From the NCBI GenBank assembly GCA_002437725.1, contig DJRF01000024.1:53205-117204 (forward strand): 64,000 nt of DNA. Reading direction: 5' to 3'. The position numbers were made by a program, and so were the translations under genes. The notes beneath the pieces were generated by a model. The model was not told the origin of the DNA and made no database searches. It saw nothing but the letters and a program-made list of their open reading frames with translations. The stretch's first letter is position 1; every line of letters begins with the position of its first letter. The stretch is from Treponema sp. UBA6367. Its GTDB lineage: Bacteria > Spirochaetota > Spirochaetia > Treponematales > Treponemataceae. Positions 52,103 through 60,946 of this stretch are shown here, in pieces.

Positions 52103-53524
52103 ATGGAAACACGTAATATTTTTGAAAATCTTTCTTGTATCGATCATCGATATTCTTTGTCGGAAGCTGACGCATTTGCAGGGCTTTCTAAGTATATTTC
52201 TGAAGAAGCCAGCATTCGCTCTTGCGCAAAATGCGAGGCGGCTCTTGTAAAGGCCCACTTAAAACTTAGAGGCGAGCTTGATGAGCAGACTGCTAAAAAA
52301 CTTGATGATGTGGCGGCGGCGATTGACCCTCAGGAAGTTTACGCCGAAGAGGAAAAAACAAAACATAATATCCGCGCGCTTGTAAATGTTATGAAAACTA
52401 AGGTTGACTCGAAAATAGGGCCGCTGATTCACTTGGGCGCGACTTCGGTTGACATTTTAGACACAGCTCTTTCTTGCCGTATGCGCGATGTTACTCAAAA
52501 CGTTGTTCTTCCGGAACTTAAAAAGCTTGAAAATTATCTTTGCGATATTGCTGAGCGCGAATGTGCAACTCCTCAGGTTGGCAGAACTCACGGTCAGCAC
52601 GCGGTTCCAATTACTTTTGGCTGGTCAATCGCGGAATTTGTTAGCCGTCTGGGAAAATCAATTTTGCGTATTGAAGAGCTTTCCAATCAGCTTGTTGGAA
52701 AACTTGCTGGTCCTGTTGGTTCTTACAATGGTCCTTCCATGATTGTAAAAGACCCGGAAGAGCTTGAAAGCACTTATGTTGAATTTTTGGCTCTTCATCC
52801 TTCTGAATATTCAAACCAGCTTGTTGAGCCGGAATATGTTCTTCGCCTTTTGCTTGAGATGAATGTTGCCTTTGGAATTATCGCGAACTTGGCAGACGAC
52901 TTGCGAAACTTGCAGCGTTCTGAAATCGGCGAGGTTTTTGAATATTTTGCTTCGACTCAGGTTGGCTCTTCAACCATGCCGCAGAAACGAAATCCTTGGA
53001 ACAGCGAGCACGTAAAATCTTTGTGGAAGGCGATGTGTCCTCGCGTAATTACGTTCTATATGGACCAGATTTCTGAGCATCAGCGTGATTTGACAAATTC
53101 TGCAAGCCAGCGTTTTATTGCCGACTACGTCAGCGGATTTACAATGGCTGTTGCAAGAATGAACAGCGTTGTGAAAGGACTTCAGGCTGACCGCGAAAAT
53201 ATGGCTAAAAATCTTGAGAATGCCGGTGGAAAGGTAAAGGGCGGGGTTTTGGCTGAACCAGCTTACATTCTTTTGGGAGAAGCCGGCGTGAACGATGGCC
53301 ACGAAGTTATCCGCAAGATTACGCTTGAAGCAGAACAGACTGGAAAAACGTTCTTTGAAGTTCTGAAAGCCCACAAGGAAGCGTATGAAAAAATTACTGC
53401 ACAGCTTGAAAAACTTGGCGTTGCAGACCCGGCAAAATTCTTTGAGCACCCTTCTAATTACTGCGGACTTGCGGCTGTAAAATCAAAACGGCTTGCGCAA
53501 AAATACCGCGAACTGATGAAATAA
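52103..53524 (+). CDS. purB: adenylosuccinate lyase
   Basis: HLGATSVDILDTA and the signature GSSTMPQKRNP. I moved the start to ATG 52103 (METRNIFENLSCIDHRY). Confidence 0.9.
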   Translation: METRNIFENLSCIDHRYSLSEADAFAGLSKYISEEASIRSCAKCEAALVKAHLKLRGELDEQTAKKLDDVAAAIDPQEVYAEEEKTKHNIRALVNVMKTKVDSKIGPLIHLGATSVDILDTALSCRMRDVTQNVVLPELKKLENYLCDIAERECATPQVGRTHGQHAVPITFGWSIAEFVSRLGKSILRIEELSNQLVGKLAGPVGSYNGPSMIVKDPEELESTYVEFLALHPSEYSNQLVEPEYVLRLLLEMNVAFGIIANLADDLRNLQRSEIGEVFEYFASTQVGSSTMPQKRNPWNSEHVKSLWKAMCPRVITFYMDQISEHQRDLTNSASQRFIADYVSGFTMAVARMNSVVKGLQADRENMAKNLENAGGKVKGGVLAEPAYILLGEAGVNDGHEVIRKITLEAEQTGKTFFEVLKAHKEAYEKITAQLEKLGVADPAKFFEHPSNYCGLAAVKSKRLAQKYRELMK

Positions 53525-53554
53525 AGAAGAATTGACTTTTTACGGAGGCAAAAT

Positions 53555-54973
53555 ATGGGCGGATTTTTTGGAGTCGCTTCAAAGCAAGATTGTTCTTTAG
53601 ATTTATTTTTCGGCGTTGATTATCATTCTCATTTGGGAACAAGGCGAGGCGGACTTGCAGTTCTTGGCGATGACGGCAAATTTCAGCGTTCTATTCACAA
53701 TATTCAAAATTCTCCATTCAGAACAAAGTTTGAAACAGACATCGGCGAAATGCACGGAAAAATTGGAATCGGCTGCATAAGCGACTTTGAAGCCCAGCCT
53801 CTTTTAGTAAATTCTCACTTGGGAACTTTTGCCGTAACAACAGTTGGAATAGTTCAAAACAAAAAAGAACTTGTAAAAGAAATTCTAGACGGCGGATATA
53901 CGCATTTTCTAGAAATGAGCGGCGGCGAAATCAACCAAACAGAACTGATTATCGCTCTTATAAACCACAAAAAAACAATTCTTGAAGGAATAAAATACGT
54001 TCAAGAAAAAATAAAAGGTTCTATAACAATTCTTGTAATGACGCCAGAAGGAATTTACGGAGCAAGAGACAAGTTTGGCCGCACGCCTTTGCAAATCGGC
54101 CATAAAGAAGGCTCGTTCTGCCTTTCGTTTGAAAGCCACGCTTACATCAATCTTGGCTACAAGGACTACAAAGAGCTTGGACCTGGAGAAATTGTTTTTG
54201 TAAACAGCGACAAAGTTGAAGTCTTGCAGGAAAGGCAAAAAAAGATGAAAATCTGCACTTTCTTGTGGATTTATTACGGCTATCCAACCGCCTGCTACGA
54301 AGGCGTAAACGTTGAGCAAATGCGCTACAACTGCGGGAAATACCTTGCCATGCGCGACAAAGAAAGCGACGTTCACCCAGATGCGGTCGCAGGCGTTCCA
54401 GACAGCGGAACTGCCCACGCAATAGGATATGCAAACGCAAGCGGAGTCCCATTTACCCGCCCATTTATAAAATACACGCCTACCTGGCCGCGTTCTTTTA
54501 TGCCAACTAGCCAGGAACAAAGAAATCTTATTGCCCACATGAAGCTCATTCCTGTGGAAACGCTTATAAAAGGCAAAAAACTTCTTCTTATTGACGATTC
54601 AATTGTCCGGGGAACACAACTCCGCGAAACAACAGATTTTCTTTATCAAAGCGGAGCAAAAGAAGTTCACGTTCGGCCGGCTTGCCCTCCAATCATGTTT
54701 GGCTGCAAATACTTGAACTTCAGCCGCTCAAAATCCGAGATGGACTTAATAACCCGCCGCGTAATAGAACAGCTTGAAGGCAAAAATGTTTCGAAAGAAG
54801 TTCTAAAAGAATATTCCAACCCAGACAGCCCTAAATACGCTGCCATGCTTGAAGAAATACGCAAGCAGCTGCATTTTACAACCTTGCGTTACCACCGCCT
54901 AGACGACATGCTTGCAAGCACAGGGCTAGCCCCAGAAAACCTTTGCACCTACTGTTGGAACGGCGAAGAATAA
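53555..54973 (+). CDS. purF: amidophosphoribosyltransferase-like protein lacking the N-terminal nucleophile Cys
   Basis: PRTase motif LLLIDDSIVRGTQ and overall PurF length (472 aa). The N-terminus reads MGGFFGVAS instead of MCG..., with a strong GGAGG upstream of this ATG. Confidence 0.75.
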   Translation: MGGFFGVASKQDCSLDLFFGVDYHSHLGTRRGGLAVLGDDGKFQRSIHNIQNSPFRTKFETDIGEMHGKIGIGCISDFEAQPLLVNSHLGTFAVTTVGIVQNKKELVKEILDGGYTHFLEMSGGEINQTELIIALINHKKTILEGIKYVQEKIKGSITILVMTPEGIYGARDKFGRTPLQIGHKEGSFCLSFESHAYINLGYKDYKELGPGEIVFVNSDKVEVLQERQKKMKICTFLWIYYGYPTACYEGVNVEQMRYNCGKYLAMRDKESDVHPDAVAGVPDSGTAHAIGYANASGVPFTRPFIKYTPTWPRSFMPTSQEQRNLIAHMKLIPVETLIKGKKLLLIDDSIVRGTQLRETTDFLYQSGAKEVHVRPACPPIMFGCKYLNFSRSKSEMDLITRRVIEQLEGKNVSKEVLKEYSNPDSPKYAAMLEEIRKQLHFTTLRYHRLDDMLASTGLAPENLCTYCWNGEE

Positions 54974-54995
54974 AACAAACGAACCATTGCTTAGA

Positions 54996-55045
54996 TTTTT
55001 ACTGTAGAATTTGTTTTAAAGTTACAATAGATTCTACAGTAAAAA
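54996..55045. terminator. bidirectional rho-independent terminator
   Basis: TTTTTACTGTAGAAT - 20 nt - ATTCTACAGTAAAAA (15-bp perfect stem). It lies between convergent purF and 55059..55541. Confidence 0.75.
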
Positions 55046-55058
55046 TTCATAATGCAAT

Positions 55059-55541
55059 CTAATTACAGCAAAAATCAACAAATTCTAATTTCCCTTTTTT
55101 TCTACGTTTTATAGAATCAATTTTTTGAGGATTTTTTAATTCATTACCTTTTAAAAGAGTATTAGGTCTACATTTTGGAGTTGCAACAAAACCAAGTGTA
55201 AAAGAATTTTCAGAAACTGCAAACGTACAAGAAACTCGATTTTTTATAAAATTTTCTTCTACTAAAGTTGAGTTTTTTAAAATCTTATCAAGATATGGTA
55301 AAAAACAAATTTTACGACGTACAGAACCTTTTACCATTTTTTCTGGTTGACCTTTTTTATAAAAATCAAAATCCTGTTCTGTAAGAGTTTTATTTAATGC
55401 TTTGTCAAAAAACTGATTTGCAGAAAGATTTGTATTAACCCCTGTTAGATGCAAAAAATTAGATTTGTTAGCAGAAATGATATAATACTTGTTCATTTTA
55501 AATGAACTTGAAAAAATTTGATATTCATAATCCAAAAACAC
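55059..55541 (-). CDS. hypothetical protein (weak resemblance to PBECR4-type nuclease-fold proteins; unverified)
   Basis: The ORF has a GTG start at 55541, or alternatively ATG 55496 (MNKYYIISANKSNFLHLTGV). There is no signal peptide. The family guess rests only on the FLHLTG-type motif. Confidence 0.4.
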   Translation of the reverse strand: MFLDYEYQIFSSSFKMNKYYIISANKSNFLHLTGVNTNLSANQFFDKALNKTLTEQDFDFYKKGQPEKMVKGSVRRKICFLPYLDKILKNSTLVEENFIKNRVSCTFAVSENSFTLGFVATPKCRPNTLLKGNELKNPQKIDSIKRRKKGKLEFVDFCCN

Positions 55542-55613
55542 GGACTTATAAACTTGTACACCATTAAAAATTGAAAAAAGAACTTTTTGTTTAAATGAAG
55601 TTTTTTGCTTATT

Positions 55614-55706
55614 TATAAAATAAGCCGACTATTTAAGTCGGCTGTGTTGCAGTTTTTAGGTCTCTGCAAAGACCAATGGAATAGGGTTTTACGTCTCCTA
55701 TCCGAC
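55614..55706 (-). ncRNA. candidate small RNA or terminated leader (about 93 nt)
   Basis: All on the minus strand. TTGACT (55740..55735), a 16-nt spacer, then TATATT (55718..55713). Three hairpins follow: GGATAGG/CCTATTCC, GGTCT-ttgcag-AGACC, and AGCCGACT-taaat-AGTCGGCT followed by TATTTTAT. Confidence 0.45.
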
Positions 55707-55761
55707 AGTTCTAATATAACAAAAAATAATAAAAAGTCAATAGTTATTTTATTTTCTTGCA

Positions 55762-55852
55762 AAACAAAAAGGGGCTGTTTAATAAGTTCAAATTGCATGG
55801 CAACTTTAACAAAACTAACCAATGCAAGCCTTACTTACTAAACAGTCCCTTT
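55762..55852 (-). terminator. long-stem terminator after the OMP gene
   Basis: On the minus strand, AAGGGACTGTTTAG...TTAAACAGCCCCTT (one mismatch) with an inner TTGCATTGG/CCATGCAA, followed by TTTTTTG. Confidence 0.5.
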
Positions 55853-55874
55853 TTATAGAAACAAAAGTTATAAA

Positions 55875-56420
55875 TTAGAACCAGTAGCGGAAACCTACGT
55901 TTACAGGAATACCCCAGCTTAACTTGAAGCCTTCAGCATATTCGCCCAAACCAATCATTAATGGCAATTGGAAAGCTGCCTGACCGTATATTTCCCAGTT
56001 ACCTGTAAGGAAGTAGTTTGTACCGATAACAGCACGTGGAGCAACTGAAATATAAATTGCATTACCAGTCTTCCAACCTTCATTATCAAACCACTTAGAA
56101 GTTTCAATTGATGTAAAACTTGCTGCTACACCAGCTGCATAGAACCAGCGCCACTTGCCGTTAGCACCTTTTACATTGATTTTAGGATTGCCAATCCACC
56201 AGTCTGCTGTTCCACCAATGTTAAAATATCCAGAAGACAAACCTACATCAACTGCAAAAACACATGGAAGCTGCTGAACTTTGAATGTTACTGACAATGG
56301 CAAACTAGAATATCCACCAGCAGTATAACCAGTCTGCAAACCAATACCTGTTACAGCAAATGTGCTAGCTGTTCCAAGTCCTAAAAGCATTGCCAAAACT
56401 GCAATAATTTTTTTGTTCAT
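55875..56420 (-). CDS. small outer-membrane beta-barrel protein (OmpW/OmpA-like size class)
   Basis: Signal peptide (MNKKIIAVLAMLLGLGTASTFA). Alternating aromatic/glycine-rich strands. The C-terminus ends in GFRYWF. 181 aa. Confidence 0.6.
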   Translation of the reverse strand: MNKKIIAVLAMLLGLGTASTFAVTGIGLQTGYTAGGYSSLPLSVTFKVQQLPCVFAVDVGLSSGYFNIGGTADWWIGNPKINVKGANGKWRWFYAAGVAASFTSIETSKWFDNEGWKTGNAIYISVAPRAVIGTNYFLTGNWEIYGQAAFQLPLMIGLGEYAEGFKLSWGIPVNVGFRYWF

Positions 56421-56495
56421 AATTTTTTTCTCCTTTGAAAATAAAAAACTATGTTTATAGTTTAAACATTTTTACATAAAGGTCAATAGAAACAG

Positions 56496-56518
56496 CCCCC
56501 CCCCCCGATTTTTTTTTT
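56496..56518. repeat. C11 homopolymer followed by GA and T10 in a divergent promoter region
   Basis: C run 56496..56506 and T run 56509..56518. On the minus strand this reads A10-TC-G11, 9 nt upstream of TTGACC (56486..56481). A 16-nt spacer then leads to TAAACT (56464..56459) ahead of the OMP gene. Confidence 0.9.
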
Positions 56519-56581
56519 GAATTTTTTCTTTTTGTTTCATTTTATTTGAAACATTTTGCCAGTTTGATTATTTTAATATAT

Positions 56582-57250
56582 ATGACAGACACAGAACTTC
56601 CAGTTGTAAAAAAGAACGAACTTATCAATCCAAACGATTTTTATAAAATTGCCTTTCAGTTTCAGGAAATCATGATGGTTTACGAAAGCGCAATCAAACA
56701 GGTTGAAACTAAACTTGAAATTTTAAACAAAGAGTATAAAGTTACGGGCCGGCGCAATCCTATCGAGACCATAAAAACTAGAATAAAATCTCCGGAAAGC
56801 ATTGCAAAAAAACTTAAAAAGAAGAATCTTCCAGTGACATTTGAATCCATGACAGAAAACTTAAACGACATTGCAGGCGTCCGCGTAATTTGCCCCTACA
56901 TTTCAGATATTTACACCATAAAAGACATTTTGCTGAAACAGCCTGACATTGAGCCAATTTATATAAAAGACTATATAGAAAATCCTAAGGAATCTGGCTA
57001 CAGGAGCATGCATCTTGTTATTAGAATTCCTGTATACCTTTCTGAGGCACAGCACAACGTAAAGGTGGAAATTCAACTTAGAACCATTGCGATGGACTTT
57101 TGGGCCAGCCTTGAGCACGAATTGCGTTATAAAACAACTTCAAAAGTTCCGCAAGGAATCAGAAGAGAATTAAAGCGATGTGCCGACACAATCGCCATGA
57201 CCGACCGCGAAATGGAAGAAATCGCAATAGAATTGCAAGCGTTAGATTAA
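56582..57250 (+). CDS. small alarmone synthetase (RelA/SpoT-domain GTP pyrophosphokinase)
   Basis: DIAGVRVIC, GYRSMHLVI and VEIQLRTIAMDFWASLEH motifs. I moved the start to ATG 56582 (MTDTELPV). Confidence 0.85.
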   Translation: MTDTELPVVKKNELINPNDFYKIAFQFQEIMMVYESAIKQVETKLEILNKEYKVTGRRNPIETIKTRIKSPESIAKKLKKKNLPVTFESMTENLNDIAGVRVICPYISDIYTIKDILLKQPDIEPIYIKDYIENPKESGYRSMHLVIRIPVYLSEAQHNVKVEIQLRTIAMDFWASLEHELRYKTTSKVPQGIRRELKRCADTIAMTDREMEEIAIELQALD

Positions 57251-57312
57251 TTTTGTTTCTTTTTGCACGTTTTAGTGTTACTTTATAGTGAGTTAAAACT
57301 TTTTATAGAGAT

Positions 57313-57349
57313 AAGATAAAACAGTCAAAAAGCTATCTGTTTTAATCTT
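57313..57349. promoter_or_regulatory. AAGATAAAA hairpin/palindrome, copy 4
   Basis: AAGATAAAACAG - 12 nt - CTGTTTTAATCTT (one bulged A), extendable by the outer AGAT/GTCT pairs. It ends about 20 nt upstream of the dfx ATG. Confidence 0.6.
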
Positions 57350-57370
57350 GTCTTTTTATAGGGGGCAAAT

Positions 57371-57754
57371 ATGAGTAATTTAAAATTTTATTTTTGCAAG
57401 CACTGCGGAAAAATTATCTTTCTTTTAAAAGATTCTGGAGTTCCAACAGTATGCTGCGGAGAAGAAATGCTTGAACTAAAAGCGGGCGTAACAGACGCTT
57501 CTAGCGAAAAGCACGTTCCTGCTGTAAAAATTGAAGAAAACAAAGTTAGCGTTACAATTGGCTCTGTAGAACATCCTATGGAAGAAAAGCACCACATTGA
57601 ATGGATTTTGCTTGAAACAAATCAAGGATTCTATCAAAAAAATCTTTCTCCTCAAATGACACCTAAAGCAGAATTCTTGCTTTCAGAAGGAGAAAAACCA
57701 AAGGCTGTATACGAATTCTGCAATCTGCACAAACTTTGGAAAGCAGAACTGTAA
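57371..57754 (+). CDS. dfx: desulfoferrodoxin (2Fe superoxide reductase)
   Basis: N-terminal desulforedoxin-like CKHCG...CCGEEM. Centre II ligand contexts EKHVPAV, HPMEEKHHIEW and CNLHKLW. 127 aa. Confidence 0.88.
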   Translation: MSNLKFYFCKHCGKIIFLLKDSGVPTVCCGEEMLELKAGVTDASSEKHVPAVKIEENKVSVTIGSVEHPMEEKHHIEWILLETNQGFYQKNLSPQMTPKAEFLLSEGEKPKAVYEFCNLHKLWKAEL

Positions 57755-57804
57755 TGCAAGCTTTAAGCGGAGAGAGTCTTAAATTTGTTTTTATAGTTTT
57801 TAAC

Positions 57805-58482
57805 CTATTCGTCTTTTTTTGAATCTAAAGAATGTTCTTTTCTATAAAGTTCTATCAATTCATTTTTTGAAATATTGCCGTTTCGCTCGCGAGCGGCTTT
57901 TAATTTTCGGTACACGGTATTTTCGCTAAAACCTTCGACTTCCTTTTGGTAAACCTTTCCAGAACACAATTGTATTATTATTTTTTCTTCATCTTCGTAA
58001 AGCACAAGTTTTTTCCGATTAAACCTATTGCTTAGCACATAGAATACAATTTCCAAAAACCAAAGGCTTCTTGCTATATGAATCAAAAAATGGAAAACCG
58101 ATTCGCCATTTATAGAAAAAGCAATGCAAACCGCCACAAAATACAGAGCAATTGCAATTCCAGCTTTCTTTGAATCAAACATTATAACAATGCAGACTAT
58201 AAAGAGCGCTGTAAAATTATTAAAAAGGCAAGTTTTTTCAAAGGCTATTAAAAAAACTAGAATTACAGAATAAACCAAGTAAAAATATGGAAAACACTTT
58301 TCCTTAAAAATCAAGGCAACCGGGATATAAAGAAAATTTATGCTTGCGATAATCAAGCTTACTTCAACAGAATCTTCTGTAAAAACTCTTACTGTATACA
58401 ATATGCAAAGTATACCTGAAAGAATGCAAGTATAAAGCAAAAAGTATTTTCTTATAAACAATAATATTGACTCTTGCTTCAT
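57805..58482 (-). CDS. polytopic membrane protein with C-terminal HTH
   Basis: ATG 58482 (MKQESILL) lies 5 nt after GGAGG. About five hydrophobic helices, then FSENTVYRKLKAARERNGNISKNELIELY. Confidence 0.5.
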   Translation of the reverse strand: MKQESILLFIRKYFLLYTCILSGILCILYTVRVFTEDSVEVSLIIASINFLYIPVALIFKEKCFPYFYLVYSVILVFLIAFEKTCLFNNFTALFIVCIVIMFDSKKAGIAIALYFVAVCIAFSINGESVFHFLIHIARSLWFLEIVFYVLSNRFNRKKLVLYEDEEKIIIQLCSGKVYQKEVEGFSENTVYRKLKAARERNGNISKNELIELYRKEHSLDSKKDE

Positions 58483-58504
58483 AAACACCTCCGAAAAAGG
58501 TCAG

Positions 58505-58828
58505 CTAATGATTCAAAGAATTTAAAGCTTCTCTAAAGGCGCTGTTTTCTTTTTGAAGTTCCTTTGAACCGCGCGTAATTTTACACAACGACATATTATA
58601 CTTTTTTGCAATATCGCGTTGAGTAACACCATTATTAAGTTCTTTTACTAGAAGCCAGCGTTCTGCAAAATCCTTCCGTTCGCTAGGAGTAAAAATACAA
58701 CCAAAAAAATTAGAAATAAATTCTTTATCTGTAGATTTTGTAATTATATCAAGCAATTCTGAATAACTTTTTTTTAATACTTCATTATCATCAAAAGAAA
58801 CGTTCATTTGTTTTCTATTATATATCAT
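58505..58828 (-). CDS. TrpR-like YerC/YecD-family protein
   Basis: FAERWLLVKELNNGVTQRDIAKKYNMSLCKITRGSKEL. 107 aa. Confidence 0.7.
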   Translation of the reverse strand: MIYNRKQMNVSFDDNEVLKKSYSELLDIITKSTDKEFISNFFGCIFTPSERKDFAERWLLVKELNNGVTQRDIAKKYNMSLCKITRGSKELQKENSAFREALNSLNH

Positions 58829-58866
58829 TATTTTAAAAAAGCAAATTTTGCAATCAAAAATCTATA

Positions 58867-58954
58867 TAGCCCGAACTTCGAGTTTTTAGAAAGAGAATAA
58901 ATTCGTTGAGAGCGTTTTTTTTCACAATTTATAAAAAACTCGAAGTTCGGGCTA
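58867..58954 (-). repeat. intergenic palindromic element, short form (S3)
   Basis: Near-identical to 33765..33851. It is itself embedded between AATCAAAAATCTATA (58850..58864) and TATAGATTTTTGATT (about 58990..59004). Confidence 0.9.
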
Positions 58955-59031
58955 TATACGCTGCAATTAAAAAAGAATTTCTGCTGTATAGATTTTTGAT
59001 TTTATCACACTTTAATAATTAGCCTAGTTTT

Positions 59032-59817
59032 CTACCCTAGAACCATTTTATCGTTTACTTCGCCGTTTACACTGAATTTTAAAAGCAAGTCTTCAACTGT
59101 AAGATTTTTCTTTTCTTCACCACGAACGTCATAAACAACTTTTCCGTCCATCATCATAATAAGACGATTTCCATAGCGGATTGCATCTTTCATATTGTGA
59201 GTAACCATGAATGCCGTTAAATTATCTCGCATAATAAATTCTTCTGTGAGTTCAAGAACTTTTTTGGCAGTTTTTGGATCAAGAGCGGCTGTGTGTTCAT
59301 CTAGCAAAAGCAGTTCTGGTTTTCGCAAAGTTGACATCAACAAAGTCAAGGCCTGCCTTTGACCTCCAGAAAGCAGCCCCACCTTTGCAGAAAGGCGGTT
59401 TTCCAAGCCTAAATCGAGCAAAGCTAATTTTTCTTTATAAACCTGACGCTCAGAAGGTTGAATATACCAAGAAAGACCTCTTTTTTTTCCACGCCGCATT
59501 GCCATTGCAAGATTTTCTTCTATAGACATATTTGCGGCGGTTCCCATCATTGGATCTTGAAAAACCCGGCCAAGATATTTTGCCCTTATGTATTCAGGTT
59601 TGCCTGTAAGATTCATTCCATCTAGTTCTATAGAACCTGTATCTGCATAGTGAACGCCTGCGATTAAATTCAAAAGTGTTGATTTTCCAGCACCGTTTCC
59701 ACCAATAACAGTAACAAAATCACCGTCTTCTAAAGTTAAATCTATTCCTTTTAATGCTTTTTTTTCTGTTATTGTGCCGGGATTAAAAGTCTTTTTAATA
59801 TTTGTAAGTTTTAACAT
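59032..59817 (-). CDS. ABC transporter ATP-binding protein
   Basis: GGNGAGKST (Walker A), LSGGQRQ (signature) and LLLDEHTAALD (Walker B). Confidence 0.88.
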   Translation of the reverse strand: MLKLTNIKKTFNPGTITEKKALKGIDLTLEDGDFVTVIGGNGAGKSTLLNLIAGVHYADTGSIELDGMNLTGKPEYIRAKYLGRVFQDPMMGTAANMSIEENLAMAMRRGKKRGLSWYIQPSERQVYKEKLALLDLGLENRLSAKVGLLSGGQRQALTLLMSTLRKPELLLLDEHTAALDPKTAKKVLELTEEFIMRDNLTAFMVTHNMKDAIRYGNRLIMMMDGKVVYDVRGEEKKNLTVEDLLLKFSVNGEVNDKMVLG

Positions 59818-59840
59818 AATCTTCCCCAGTTTTTAAAAAT

Positions 59841-60872
59841 TTAATCGTTTGGGACGTGCTTAAAATTGTCATCTGCATGACGAGTGTTGCGTTCATTTTC
59901 TGGTCCTTTGTAAGAAAGCCTTCGCTTATCAATTTTTTTCTTTATAACAGGAACAGAAAGAGCTATCGCCACGATTAGAGCCGTTAAAAGTTTTAAATCG
60001 GTTGATTTTAATCCCATCTGCAAAACCAAAGCAATAATAATTCTATAAATGATAGAGCCAAAAACAACTGAAATCAGCGTGTACCAAAATCCAAATCTTG
60101 AACCAAAAATAACTTCGCCAATAATAATCGATGCCAATCCAATTACGATTGTTCCAGTTCCCATTCCTACATCTGCGTAACCTTGACTTTGGGCGACCAG
60201 CGCACCAGAAACAGCAACCATTCCGTTAGAAATCATCAGGCCAACAATTTTAGTTGTATCTGTATTAACGCCTAAAGCGCGAACCATATTTTCGTTGCTT
60301 CCAGTAGCACGAATTGCGCTTCCGTATTCAGTTCCAAAGAACCAGTACATCAAAGCGATAATAATTGCAATTACAATAACTCCAATAATCAACGAACAAG
60401 TAGTGGTGCTAAGCGCAAGACCTTTTTGCAAAAAGGCTGAATCTGAATCCTTTATAAAAAATTTAGCAATCCACTTTGAAAAAGAACAAACTCCACTTTT
60501 TAGATTAGACATCATAGTAGAACTGCCTAAAAGCGGAGTATTTGCCCTGCCCATAATTCGAATATTAATAGAATAGAGTGCAATTTGTGTCAAAATACTT
60601 GCAAGAAGAATATTGATTTTAAGTTTTGTATTCATAAAACCAGTTACAAGTCCACAAACAGTTCCTAAAATAAAGGCGAATAATAGAGAAAGCAATGGAT
60701 CAAAGCCATTAATAATAAGAACTGCAGAAATTGCTCCACCAGAAGCAAAACTTCCATCAACTGTCATATCGGCTACATTTAAAATTCTAAAAGTCAGATA
60801 AACTCCAAGAGTCATCAGACCCCATAAAATTCCTTGCGATATAGCTCCTTCAATTGCAAATAAAAATGCCAT
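59841..60872 (-). CDS. ABC transporter permease
   Basis: 343-aa polytopic protein between the ATPase and the binding protein. Confidence 0.8.
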   Translation of the reverse strand: MAFLFAIEGAISQGILWGLMTLGVYLTFRILNVADMTVDGSFASGGAISAVLIINGFDPLLSLLFAFILGTVCGLVTGFMNTKLKINILLASILTQIALYSINIRIMGRANTPLLGSSTMMSNLKSGVCSFSKWIAKFFIKDSDSAFLQKGLALSTTTCSLIIGVIVIAIIIALMYWFFGTEYGSAIRATGSNENMVRALGVNTDTTKIVGLMISNGMVAVSGALVAQSQGYADVGMGTGTIVIGLASIIIGEVIFGSRFGFWYTLISVVFGSIIYRIIIALVLQMGLKSTDLKLLTALIVAIALSVPVIKKKIDKRRLSYKGPENERNTRHADDNFKHVPND

Positions 60873-60946
60873 TTTTTACCTCAAAAAAACAAAAACCACG
60901 CCAAAATAAACCCGTTGAGAAAGTTTTTATTTAGACGTGGCAATTT

